Made by a program: the position numbers and the translations under genes | The notes under the pieces: generated by a model | What the model saw: only the letters and a program-made list of their open reading frames with translations | Database searches by the model: none | Told to the model about the DNA's origin: nothing | Source: Mobula hypostoma | Lineage: Eukaryota | NCBI RefSeq assembly: GCF_963921235.1 | Contig: NC_086097.1 | Location: forward strand, 237,586,001-237,650,000 | Length of the DNA: 64,000 nt | Direction of reading: 5' to 3' | Shown: positions 12,573 to 24,415 of the stretch, in pieces | How positions within the stretch are numbered: the first letter of the stretch is position 1 | Layout: every line of letters begins with the position of its first letter

Positions 12573-13497
12573 TAATTTAACAAAGGGTTTTTGAAAGAAG
12601 GGTAAGTTCTACATATGTCGCACCAAACTAGAAATAACTGAGTTCACAGATTTTAACTGTTTGCAGCTCTTGTATGAAATAATATTTTGATTGAAATGTC
12701 TTTTTGTTACTTGTGTTATGAAGAAAGGATTCTGCAAACTGCCTTTCAGCCGTTTCAGGAATGACACTTATTTCCTTCCTACTCCTTTGTCAAGAATCTC
12801 ATTGCAATAAGCTATTCATCATGAAAACAGAACAGGAGCAGAAGGGAGAAGATTTAAAAGTCACTCAGAATATGGCTATATCAAAAGATCACATCAAATG
12901 GAAGACCTCTTTCAAAACAGCTTAGTTCCTCAAAGACGTGTCCAAAGTAATCTGTTTATCAAGGAGACAAAGAAGAAATTGCCAGAATCATTTCAAACAA
13001 ATTCAAACATCCTCTAAAATATATCAGCATTATTCTGTGTTACATCTATGACATTAATGAAAAAGGACAGGATGGTTGAATCCACTATATCAACTGTCCC
13101 TAAGGTCTTTCAATGCCTTTAGTGCCTCTATTTGGATCAGAATCCTGGAAGATGAATTTACCTGCTATATAATGGATGACTAATTCCTATTGGATCATTG
13201 CTTTCAGTTCTAAATTTCTCAGGCATGTTCAGCTCCAACTATGTAAATAATATCCCGAAGGAAGAGGTGGATACTTGACAAGTAAAAAGATGAAGAGTCA
13301 CCTGGCTAGGTTGGAATGATGAGATGTGATTACAATGAGGTTCTCACCTGCTTTAAGTCAACTATTATCCTGTTACCTGAGATAAACAAAGTATTCTGAA
13401 TTAATGACGAGTTCCCAATGACTCTGACATCTAACTAATGAATTGTTTCAAGAGGATGGTCATAGTATTATCTCCAGCTTCCCAGACAACCTCAATC

Positions 13498-14730
13498 CAC
13501 TCCATCTTGCCACTTCTCAGCCCAGTTTTACATCCTATCGATGTCCCACTGTAACGTCTGACAGCCCTCCACACCATCTACAACACACCCAACCTTTGTG
13601 TCATCAGCACATTTACTAACCCTTCCCTCCACTTCCTCATCCAGGTCATTTATAAAAATCACAAAGAGAAGGGGTCCCAGAATAGATCCCTGAGGCACAC
13701 TACTGGTCACTGACCTCTATGCAGAATATGACCCATCTACAACCACACTTTGGCTTCTGGGGGCAAGCCAATTCTAGGTCCACAAAGCAAGGACCCCTTT
13801 GATCCGATGCTTTACATGGGGTACCTTATCAAATGCCTTGCTGAAATCCATATGCACTACCTTCATTAATGTGTTTAGTCACATTCTCAAAAAAATTCAA
13901 TCAGGCTCGTAAGGCATGACCTGCCTTTGACAAGTCATGCTGATTATTCCTAATCATATTATGCCTCTCCAAATGTTCATAAATCCTGCCTCTCAGGATA
14001 TTCTCCATCAACTTACCAACCCCTGAAGTAAGACTCACTGGTCTATAATTTCCTGGGCTATCTCTACTCCCTTTCTTAAATAAGGGAACAACATCTGCAA
14101 ACTTCCAATCCTCTGGAACCTCTCCCGTCCCCATTGATGATGCAAAGAACATTGCCAGAGGCTCAGCAATCTCTTCCCTCGCCTCCCCCAGTAGCTTAGG
14201 GTACATCTCTTCCGGTCCCAGTGACTTATCCAACTTGATGCTTTCCAAAAGCTCCAGCATATCCTGTTTCTTAATATCTATATGCTCAAGCTTTTCAATC
14301 CACTGTAAGCATCCCTACAATTGCCAAGATTCTTTTCTGTAGTGAATACTAAAGCAAAGTATTCATTAAGTACCTCTGCCATCTCCTCCGGTTCCATACA
14401 CACTTCTCTACTGTCACACTTGATTGGTCCTATTCTCTCATGTCTAATCCTCTTGCTGTTCACATACTTGTAGAATGCCTTGGTGTTTTCTTTAATTCTG
14501 CTCACCCAGGCTTTCTCGTGGCCCCTTCTGGCTCTCCTAATTTCATTCTTAAACTCCTTCCTGCTAGCCATATAATCTTCTAGATCTCTATCATTACTGA
14601 GGTTTTTGAACCTTTCGTAAACTTTTCTTTTCTTCTTGACTAGATTTTCAACAGCCTTTGTACACTATGGATCCTGTACCCTACCATCCTTTCCCTGTCT
14701 CATTGGAACATACCTCTGCAGAACGCCACG
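13498..14730 (-). mobile_element. CR1 LINE ORF2 fragment (RT), frameshifted
   Basis: PEDWK.ADVVPLFKKG...[21 protein letters not shown]...ADDTK. Confidence 0.9.
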
Positions 14731-14739
14731 AAAAAAGAT

Positions 14740-15228
14740 CGGAGGAACTTAATAAGTTTTTGCGTCAGTCTTCAGTACGGACGGCACTAGCAGAATGCCA
14801 GAGATACTGAAGTATCAGGGACAGAAGTGAGTGTCATTGCTGTAACTAAGGAGAAAGTACGTAGGAAGCTGAAAGGTCTGAAGGTAGGTCACCTGGACTT
14901 GATGGACAAAATGCCAGGGTTTTGAAAGAGAAAGCTGAAGAGATTGTGGAGGCATCAGTAATGATCTTTCAAAAATCACTAGATTCTTTAGAACAGTTCC
15001 AGAGAACTGGAAAATTGCAAATGTCACTCCACTTTTTAAGAAGGGAGGGAGGAAGCAGAAATAGATATCATACAGTATGTCAATTAGCCTGACATCAGTA
15101 GTTGGAAAGATGTTGGAGTCTATTATTAAGGATGAGGTTTTGGGGTACTTGGAAGCACATGACAAAACAGACCAAATTCAGCATGGTTTCCTTAAAGGGA
15201 AATCTTGCCTGACATATCCATTGGCGTT
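14740..15228 (+). mobile_element. CR1 ORF2 fragment ending at the hAT insertion
   Basis: [18 protein letters not shown]...QHGFLKGKSCLT. Confidence 0.85.
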
Positions 15229-15236
15229 CTTTAGAC

Positions 15237-16419
15237 CAGCGGTCCCCAATCACCAGGCCGCGAGGAAACGATATGATTTGGTGATAGGAGTCAGCGGCAT
15301 CTTTCCTCATTCCCTGTCACGCACTGTTGAGCTTGAACGCACGCGAGGTCATTACCCGCGCGTCATCCATGTCAGCGCGGGAAGGAGATCAACTCCTCGA
15401 GCTTGCAAATGACGGTGGGCTGAAAAGTATGTTTGACATAACATCTCTGCCGGCATTCTGGATCAAAGTCAAAGCTAAATATCCTGAGATAGCCATGAAA
15501 GCACTGAAAACGTTGCTTCCATTTCCAACATATCTCTGCAATGAATGCAACGAAAACTAAATTGCGGAATAGACTGGACATAAGGAACCCATTCGAGTAT
15601 CGCTGTCTCCCATCACCCCTCGATGGCACCGTCTTGTTGCAGGGAAACAAGCCCAGGGCTCCCACTGATTCAGTGATACTGGTGTGTTGCAATGATTTTA
15701 TATGTTCATACGGGGAAAATACGGGGATTTGTTTAATATCCAAATGTTACTTAAAATGTTATGATGCTATTGCTATATATAACCATATCACCATATAACA
15801 ATTACAGCGCGGAAACAGGCGATCTCTGCCGTTCTAGTCCGTGCCAAACGCTACTCTCACCTAATCCCACCGATCTGCACTCAGTCCATAACCCTCCATT
15901 ACTTTCCTGTCCATATACCTATCCAATTTTTCTTTAAGTGATAATATCGAACCTGCCTCTACCACTTCTACTGGAAGTTCTTTCAACAATTACTTCAAGC
16001 TCCCCTGTCCTGATAATTGACTTATCGCTATATTCATGCGAGGAAAATATGCGCTGTGTTTAATATTAAATTCGTTAGATAAACCCTTTTAGAAACGAAA
16101 GTGAGTGTATTAGCCACTTATCACCTATATTCCAGTTGTGATTAACACCCCCCAAGAACAGAATCGGCAAAAGCGATTTGTAGGAAAAAATCGGCAGGTA
16201 CACGAATGCGAAAGTCACGCATGCGCACTTGTGCCCGCGCAAGGCTTCATGGTTATTGTAGTCTTTCTCTGGGTAAACCCAACGTATTTGACTGCTGCTC
16301 TTGTCCGTTGGCAACCCTACCCTCCACCACACCCCCCCCCCCCCCGCCCGGCGCCCGGTCGGCAAGAATATTGTCAATATGAAACCGGTCCGCAGTGCAA
16401 AAAAGGTTGGGGACCCCTG
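15237..16419 (+). mobile_element. hAT-Charlie DNA transposon deletion derivative with transposase C-terminal remnant
   Basis: TIRs CAGCGGTCCCCAA / TTGGGGACCCCTG and 8-bp TSD CTTTAGAC (15229-15236, 16420-16427). Remnant DQLLELANDGGLKSMF...FWIKVKAKYPEIA.KALK.LLPFPT, then TKTKLRNRLDI and GKQAQGSH*. Confidence 0.92.
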
Positions 16420-16427
16420 CTTTAGAC

Positions 16428-17045
16428 CATAAGACATAGGAGAAGAATTAGACCATTTGGCTCATCAAGTCTGCTCCACTATTCAATTGTGGCTGATCCT
16501 TTTTTTCCCCTCATCACCCCCACTCCCCAGCCTTCTCCTTCTAACCTGTGATGCCTTGTCCAATCAACAACCTATCAAGCTCTGCCTTAAATACCCCCAC
16601 ATAGCTGCCTGTGGTAATAAATTTCACAAATGCACCACCCTCTGGCTAAAGAAATTTCTCTGCATCTCTTTTTTAAATAGATGCCCCTTATACTGAGGCT
16701 GTGCCCTCTTGTCCTAGACTCTCCCACCATGGGAAACATCCTTTCCACATCTACTCTGCCCCAATCGTCTGCAATGTACCCAATTTTGGTGCCATCTGCA
16801 AATTTGCTAATCCAATTTACCACAGTATCATTCAGATCATTGATATAGATGACAAACACCAATGGACCCAGCACCGATCACTGTGATATGCCTCTTTTCA
16901 CTGGCCTCTAATTAGAGAGGTGAGTCTGGCTGCTCTGTGAGAATGGTGTCTAATCCAATTCACTACCTCATTGTGAATGCCAATCAACTGAACCTTCTTG
17001 ACCAATCTCCCATTCGGGCCCCTGCTAAAGGACTTGCTAAAGTGT
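16428..17045 (-). mobile_element. CR1 fragments (3' end plus RT piece)
   Basis: cttatggtc tail; DVERMFPMVGESRTRGHSL; LGPLVFVIYINDL...KFADGTKIG. Confidence 0.75.
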
Positions 17046-19704
17046 CAATGTCACTGCTTATTTAGAGCAATGCCTAAAACTCTTTGGTTTTCATTTAGCA
17101 GTCACAGCAAACATGAATCAAATGTAGGAATTCCATCCCTAATTATCATCTCACAAATAATAATCCCTTGAGGATATTCATCTGGCTCTCTTTGTCTAAG
17201 CTCTTGTATTACAATTAGTTAATCAAAATCAGTATGCTCTTTGTCATATTCTGTTCCCTCTTATCGGGAGTCATTGATTGGAGTACTGTGCAGACACAAC
17301 AGACGTGTTCCCACGCAGGTCCGGCAAAGAGCTATAATAAACCAGTCTCTATAAAAGAGAGGTACTGCCCAGTGGAGTGGTGATCGTCAGAGTTTTCTTG
17401 AGCCAGAGTGGTAAGGCTCTGGCTCAACAAGCCTTTGGCAAGAACAGGCAGAGGCAAGGTAAGTAGGTAAGTTCATTCCCTTATTTCCTACCTAAATCTT
17501 GAGAGAACAGGGGCATGTCCACAGAGCCAATGTTCTGTTCTGGGTATTAGATGTGGGATTTCCAGGAGATTACCAGCCTCCGCGATGGCCACATCCACAC
17601 AAGGTGCATTGAGATGCAGCTCCTTAGAGGCTGTGTTAGGGAACTGGAGCTGCAGCTCGATGACCTTCAGCTTGTTAGGGAAAGTGAAGCAATGATAGAC
17701 ATGAGCTACAAGGAGGTAGTCACCCCAAGGCTACAGGAGACAGATAAATGGGTGACTGTCAGGAGAGGGAAGGGATGGTGAAGAGTACCCCTGTGGCCGG
17801 CCCCTCAACAATAAATACTCCATTTTGAGTACTGTTGTGGGGGGGTACCTACCTGGGAGAAGCAACAGTGGCTGTGCCTGTGGTGTTGAGTCTAGCCCTG
17901 TGCCTCAGAAGGGTAGGGAAATGAAAAAGATGGCAGCAGTAATAGGGGACTCTATAGTCAGGGGACAGATGAGTGATTCTGTGGACACAAAAAGGAGGCA
18001 CAGGTGGCAGTTCACCTCCCAGCTTCCAGGGTCCAAAATGTTCCTGAACCCATCCACAATATCCTGAAAAGGGAGGGGGAGCAGCCAGAAGTCATGGTAC
18101 ATATTGGTACCAACAACATTGGTGGAAAAAGGGGAGAGGTTCTGAATAAAAGAATACTGCGAGTTAGGAAGCAAGCTGAGAAGCAGGAGCTCAAGAGTCG
18201 TAATCTTGGGATTGCTGCCTTTGTCACACGATAGTGAGGACAGGAATAGCATGAGGTGGCAGATAAATCCGTGGCTGAAGGATTGGAACAAGAGGCAGGG
18301 ATTCACATTTCTGGGATCTCTTCTGGGGCAGGAGGGACCCGTACAAAAGGGACGTGTTGCACTTGAATCTGAGGAGAATCAATATTCTTGCAGGCAGATT
18401 TACTAGAACTGTTGGGGGAGGTTTAAGCTAATATGGCAGGGGGATGGGACACAGTATGATAGACCTGAGGATAAGCCAGCAGGTTTACAAGTAGATGATG
18501 GATGTAACATGAATGTAAGGAAGGGCAAGCCAATGATTGGATATAAATGCAGACAGAGGAAAGAGTTAAATTGTACCACAGAGGCAAAATTCTAAAGGGC
18601 ATGGAATGCAGGACTGAAGGTGCTGTATTTAAATGCGTGTAGCATTTGGAATAAGGTGGACAAAATTTTTGCGCCGTTAGGGTTTGATTGGTATGATATT
18701 GTGGGCTTCAGCGAGTCATGGCTAAAAGAAGGCCATAGTTGGGAACTTAATAGTAGCCAAGACGTGGGGTTAAGATTGCAAAGGGAGCTGGAAAAAGCAT
18801 GTAATAAGAATAATGACAGAATTGTAATGGGGGACTTCAAATGCAAGGGGATTGGGAAAATCAGGTTGGTGTCGACAAGAGAGAGAATTTGTTGAATGCC
18901 TACAAGATGGATTTTTAGAGCAGTTTGTACTTGAGCCTACTCAGGGAAAGGCCATCTTAGATTGGTTGCTGTGCAATAACCCAGACCTTATTAGAGAGCT
19001 TAATGTAAAGGAACCCTTAGGAGGCAGTGATCATAATATGATTGAATTCAGACACAATTTAAGAGGGAGAAGCATAAATCACATGTATCAGTATCACAAT
19101 GGAATAAAGGGGATTACAGAAGCCTGCGAGAGGAGCTTGAGCAAGTGGATTGGAGGAGGATACTGGCAGGGATGATGGCAGGACAGAGGTGGCTGAAGAT
19201 TCTGGGAATAGTTCACAAGGTGCAAGACAGATATGTCCCACAGAGGAAGAAGTGAGTGGGAAGTTGGATGATTGGGAAGCTTTTAAAATCCTGTAAAAGG
19301 CAACTAAAAATTCTATAAGAAGGGAAAAGATGAAATATGAGGGCAAACGAGCCTATAGTATAAAGCTGGATACTATAAGTTTTTTTTTCAGTTATATAAA
19401 GAGTAAAATGGAGGTGAGAGTTGATACTGGACCACTGGAAAATGATGCTGGTGAGTTGGGGGGCGGGGGGAAACAAAGAAACGGCAGATGAACTTAATGT
19501 GTACATTGTATTTGTCTTCACCATGGAAGACACTAGCAGTGTGCCAGGTATCCATGAGTGTCAGGGAGCAAGAGTGAGTGCTATTGCTATTACAAAGGAA
19601 AAAGTGCTAGGCAAACTCAAAGGTCTTAAAGCGTATAAGTCACCTGGACCAGACTGACTACATCCCAGGGTCCTGAGAGAGGTTGCTGAACAGATAATAG
19701 ATGC

Positions 19705-20307
19705 AAACAACAGGAATTCTGCAGATGCTGGAAATTCAAGCAACACACATCAAAGTTGCTGGTGAACGCAGCAGGCCAAGCAGCATCTATAGGAAGAGGC
19801 GCAGTCGACGTTTCAGGCCGAGACCCTTCGTCAGGACTAACTGAAGGAAGAGTGAGTAAGGGATTTGAAAGCTGGAGGGGGAGGGGGAGATGCAAAATGA
19901 TAGGAGAAGACAGGAGGGGGAGGGATAGAGCCGAGAGCTGGACAGGTGATAGGCAAAAGGGGATACGAGAGGATCATGGGACAGGAGGTCCGGGAAGAAA
20001 GACGGGGGGGGGGGGTGACCCAGAGGATGGGCAAGAGGTATTTTCAGAGGGACAGAGGGAGAAAAAGGAGAGTGAGAGAAAGAATGTGTGCATAAAAATG
20101 AGTAACAGATGGGGTACGAGGGGGAGGTGGGGCCTAGCGGAAGTTAGAGAAGTCAATGTTCATGCCATCAGGTTGGAGGCTACCCAGACGGAATATAAGG
20201 TGTTGTTCCTCCAACCTGAGTGTGGCTTCATCTTTACAGTAGAGGAGGCCGTGGATAGACATGTCAGAATGGGAATGGGATGTGGAATTAAAATGTGTGG
20301 CCACTGG
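19705..20307 (-). mobile_element. Young 5'-truncated Penelope-like element (GIY-YIG C-terminus plus terminal repeat)
   Basis: 20134-20307 minus is an open frame PVATHFNSTSHSHSDMSIHGLLYCKDEATLRLEEQHLIFRLGSLQPDGMNIDFSNFR*. Flanked by AGATGC repeats. It interrupts the CR1 ORF2. Confidence 0.9.
19803..19838 (-). ncRNA. Minimal type-I hammerhead ribozyme motif (PLE-associated), intact core
   Basis: AGUC-CUGACGA-AGG(GUCUCGG)CCU-GAAA-CG-UC^GACU: stem I AGUC/GACU, core CUGANGA, stem II, GAAA, palindromic ACGU in place of stem III. Confidence 0.85.
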
Positions 20308-21814
20308 AGATGCTTTGGTTATAATCTTTCAAGTATTACTTGATTCTGGCATTGTCCCGGAGGCCTGGAAGATTACAAATGTTATTTCCCTCTTTAAGAA
20401 GGGAGGAAGGCAAAAGAAAGGAAATTATAGGCCAATTAGTCCAACTTCAGTGGCTGGAAAAGTATTGGAGTCCATTATTAAGGATGAGATTTCAGGGTAC
20501 TTGGAACTAATAAGTCAAATAAATCAAAGTCAGCTTGGTTCCTGTGAAGAGAAATCCTGCCTGACAAACCTGTTGGAGTTCTTTGAGGAAGTAGCAAGCA
20601 GGGTGGATAAAGGAGAGACAGTGGATGCCATTTACTTAGATTTTCAGAAGGTGCTCAACAAGATAAATTCCTATGGTGCGGCCAGGGTGGTTCCTCTGTG
20701 GTCAGTATTGGGATCGCTACTTTTCACATTGTTTGTCAATGCTTTGGATAATGCAATTGACTGCTTTGTGGCAAAGTTGGCAAATGATACGAAGATAGCT
20801 GGAGGGGTAGGTAGTGTTGAATTAGCAATGTGATTGCAGTAGGACTTTGACAAATTGGAAGAATGGACAAAAAAGTGGGAGACGGAATACAATGTTGGGA
20901 AATGTATGATAATGCATTTTGGTAGAAGGAACAATAGTGTGGACCATTATCTAAATGGGGAGACATTCAAATATCAGAGGTGCAGAGAGACTTAGATGTG
21001 CAAGACACCCAGAAGATTAATTTACAGGTTGAGTCTCTGATAAAGAAGGTAAATGCAATGTTGGCATTTATTTCAAGGGGAATAGAATATAAAAGTAAGA
21101 AGATAATGCTGAGCCTTTATAAGACACCAGTCAGGCTGCACTTGGGGTATTGTCAACAGTTTTGGGTCTCATATCTCAGAAAGGATATGTCATCATTGGA
21201 GAGAGTCCAGAGAAGATCCATGTGGATGATGCTGTGAATCAAAGGGTTAACATATGAAGAGTGTTTGGCCTGTACTCACTGGAATTTAGAAGAATACATG
21301 GGGATCTCATTGAAACCTTCTGAATGTTGAAAGAACTGGATGGGGTGGATGTGGAGAGGAGGTTTCCTATGCTGGGGATATCCAGAACTACAGGGCACAG
21401 CCTCAAAATTGAGAGTTGATCTTTTAGAACAGAGGTAAGGAGGTTTATTTTTAGCCAGAGTGTGGTGAATCTATGGAATTTTCTGCCACAGTCTGGTGGA
21501 GGCCACGTCCATGGGTGGAAGTTAAGGTGTTAAGTTAAGGTGGAAGTTGATCGTTTCCTGATCAGTCAGGGCATTAAAGGATGTGGCATGAAGGCAGGTG
21601 CATGGGGTTGAGTTGGATTTGGGATCAGCCATGATGGAATGGCGGCGAAGATACAATGGGCTGAAGGGCCTAATTTTGCTCCTTTGCCTTATGGTCTTAT
21701 CCAACCTCTAGTTGTAGCTGCTAACTTAAAAATTGTTATATTAAAATTATTATTTTACTTAACTTGGTACACTCAAAACATAGTTAATATTAAATGGGGA
21801 TAAACAGTAACTTA

Positions 21815-22964
21815 CTGGTTAAAATAGCACTCTTGTCTGGAGGTGGGTTTATGTTCTAATTTAACGATAGCAAGTCTGAGCAATAGGAGTATTATCTGTC
21901 TGCTATCAATGATGGTTTTCCTGTCTACCCTGTTTCTGTTCTTGTTGAGCTCTAATTGAGTCAGCTGATGCTCGTTGGGGCTGGCTGCATAAATACCTTC
22001 AGAGACCAGGGCGTGGCTGCTGGATTGTTCTTCTCCTACTCCTTGTATCCTTGTATCCCTTCCTCTGCCTCCGCCTCCGCCTCCTGTTTCCTCACCTGAA
22101 GCCCTGCCTTGTCTTGCCGGAAACTCTCGCCTCGCCTGAAGTTCTGTCTTGCCTTGCATTGCCTGAAGCCTTGCCTTGTCTTGCTGCCTTGTCCTGGAGC
22201 CACCCCGTACCTAGCTCCCTTCCTGTCCCTTGCCTCCGCTGGGTAAGTCAGGCCGTCTTGACATAACCCTGTGGTTTGTTCTGTCCCTTCCTGACCCTTG
22301 CCTCCGTCGGGTAAGCCAGGCCTTCTTGCTGTTACCTATGGTTGGTTCTGCCCCTTCTTAACCCTTGCCTCTGTTGGGTCGAGTACCGCGCCCTGCCCAG
22401 GTGGAGCCTGCCTAGCCACAAGCCCGAAGACTCCAGCCTCCTGCCTAGCCTCAAGCCCGAAGACTCCAGCCTCGTGCCTAGCCTCAAGCCCGAAGACTCC
22501 AGCCTCCTGCCTAGCCTCAAGCCTGAAGACTCCAGCCTCCTGCCTAGCCTCAAGCCCGAAGACTCCAGCCTCCTGCCTAGCCTCAAGCCCGAAGACTCCA
22601 GCCTCCTGCCTAGCCTCAAGCCTGAAGACTCCAGCCTCCTGCCAAGCCTCGCCTCAAGTCTCCTGCCTCCTGTCAAGCCTCGCCTCAAGCCTTAAGACTC
22701 CAGCCTCGTCCTCCCTGCCAGTCAGGCCTCGTCCTTGCCTAGTTCTGGGGTCCGAGCCAGAGGCAAGACCCAGGTACTGGGTCCTTGTCCAGTCTCTGCC
22801 TCGGAGTCCAAGCCCGGGCTCCTAGCTCTCTTGTCCAGTCCTGTTCTGGGTTCCCGGTTTTCGTGTCCATGTCCTTGCTCTCACCCTGTATCCTAGTCCT
22901 GTCCTTATTACTTCAGTGTCTGTGTCTTGCACTTGGGTCGGCTCCTAGCCACCCCCTTATGACA
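21815..22964 (+). mobile_element. LTR-like element containing a minisatellite
   Basis: Ends ...cccttaTGACA, TATA-like gcataaata, pyrimidine-rich subrepeats. Left boundary and TSD not resolved. Confidence 0.45.
22410..22641. repeat. 33-bp minisatellite, 7 copies
   Basis: Unit CCTAGCCTCAAGCCCGAAGACTCCAGCCTCCTG, visible as (PSLKPEDSSLL)n in the ORF track. Confidence 0.95.
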
Positions 22965-22967
22965 CAT

Positions 22968-23285
22968 GTTAAAGTAAAGGCATCCGTTAGTCTTGTGAGA
23001 CCATGGATCTGTGCCTGGAAAGTCTTCACTCTCCGGGGTGCAGGCCTGGGCAAGGTTGTATGGAAGACCAGCAGTTGCCCATGCTCCAAGTCTCCCCTCT
23101 CCACGACACCAATGTTGTCCAAGGGAAGGCCATTAGGACCCATACAGCTTGGCACCAGTGTCGTCGCAGAGCAATGTGTGGTTAAGTGCCTTGTTCAAGT
23201 TCACAACACGTTGGCTCGGCTGGGGCTCGAGCTCACGACCTTCAGGAGGCTAGTCCAGTGCCTTAACCACTTGGCCACGTGCCCA
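22968..23285 (-). mobile_element. tRNA-derived CORE-type SINE with RTE-like tail
   Basis: Minus head gggcacgtggccaagtggttaaggca...; CORE-like cttgaacaaggcacttaacc. Confidence 0.6.
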
Positions 23286-23286
23286 C

Positions 23287-23540
23287 ACATGTACATCAAA
23301 ATATTAAAACATGCTGTGAAATGTGTCATTTGCATCAATGTCCAGTGAAGTCTGAGGATCTGGTGCCAACATAGCATGCTCACAATTTACTAACCCTGAC
23401 CCTTATATCTTGGGAATGTGGCAGGAAACTGGAACACCCGGAGGAAACCATTGTGGTCATGGGGAGTACAGACAGCAGCAGGAATAGAACTCAGATGACT
23501 GGGGCTGTAAACTGTATTGCTAACCAGTACGCTATCATGT
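23287..23540 (-). mobile_element. V-SINE
   Basis: Reverse V-domain aggaaactggaacacccggaggaaacc. Confidence 0.65.
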
Positions 23541-24149
23541 CCTAAACTAATAACTTTGTTTGTAGAGGTGATAATATCTCAAATTTCAAGGCGTGTATTA
23601 TTTTCCAGTGAGTGTGCTCATTTATGTGTGAGCTGAAACAATAGATCTATTTCTATTTTCCATGCTTATTTTAGATTTTAGAGGGAAATAACATTTTCAA
23701 ATGAATTTTATGATGTCTATATTACTACTGTATCTATTTCTTTAGAAATTGCAAATGCTGTGAGCTCTTGTATTGAAGATATTCTCACACAAACAGTTCA
23801 TCTAAACTATTTCATGTCCAATTTGTACCCAACAACACGACACCTTAATGAGCAATAAAGTGAACAGTTCCTCATCATGACGCAGATTGCCTCAGGCAAG
23901 AGTTACCCAAAAGGCCACTTCTGTTCTGCAAAGTAATAAAGAGCAGAAAATCTACAATTTGTGAAGACATTCCAGTCATTTTTGTAAACAAACTTGATTA
24001 TTATAAAAATTTGCAAGGGCAGGCAAAATGGTTCTAATCAGAGATTTTAATCAACATGAGAGCATCTTTGCTGAATGTTTAATCATTCATGAAAAAGTTA
24101 TGAAGATGAAATATTACTATGCTGGAAATCTGTTGAGTACTTGCACCAT

Positions 24150-24415
24150 TTGACCTATAAGATTATGTCTTCTTCAGTCCTTTACCTTTTCCACTTATCA
24201 GCTCTCACCTCTCACTTCTCCACACCCATCCCCACCCTTCTCCCTCACCTGGATTCACCTATCACCTGACAGCTTGTTTTCCTTCTCCTCCTCCTCCCAC
24301 CTTCAACTTCTTCCCCCGCTTGCGATCCAGTTCTTATGAAGGGGCTCATCTGAAATATTGACTCTTTATTCTTGCCTGACGTGCTAAATTCCTCCAGCAT
24401 GTTGTGTGAGTTACT
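24150..24415 (+). mobile_element. Old PLE 3' end
   Basis: Pyrimidine-rich UTR, decayed hammerhead, ttcctccagcatgttgtgtg terminus. Confidence 0.55.

Larger units (their letters stand above)
17340..21700 (+). mobile_element. Near full-length degenerate CR1 LINE (ORF1 esterase-like, ORF2 EN-RT) interrupted by a PLE
   Basis: ORF1 VIGDSIVRG and VMVHIGTNNIG; EN LYLNACSIWNKVD, MGDF, LGGSDHN; RT NYRPIS, SCLTNLLEFFE, IYLDFQK; tail cttatggtctta. Confidence 0.9.

Noticed and set aside
19756..20343. 195-aa plus-strand ORF as a gene
   Set aside because: It is the antisense reading of the PLE 3' UTR. The real coding remnant is the GIY-YIG end on the minus strand.
22410..22641. 33-bp repeat array as a CRISPR or a repeat-protein gene
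   Set aside because: The units are directly adjacent with no unique spacers, there are no cas genes, and the context is eukaryotic. The ORFs arise from the 3n unit length.
23200..23285. tRNA-like sequences here and at the V-SINE heads as tRNA genes
   Set aside because: They are degenerate heads joined to SINE core and tail sequences, with no intact cloverleaf.
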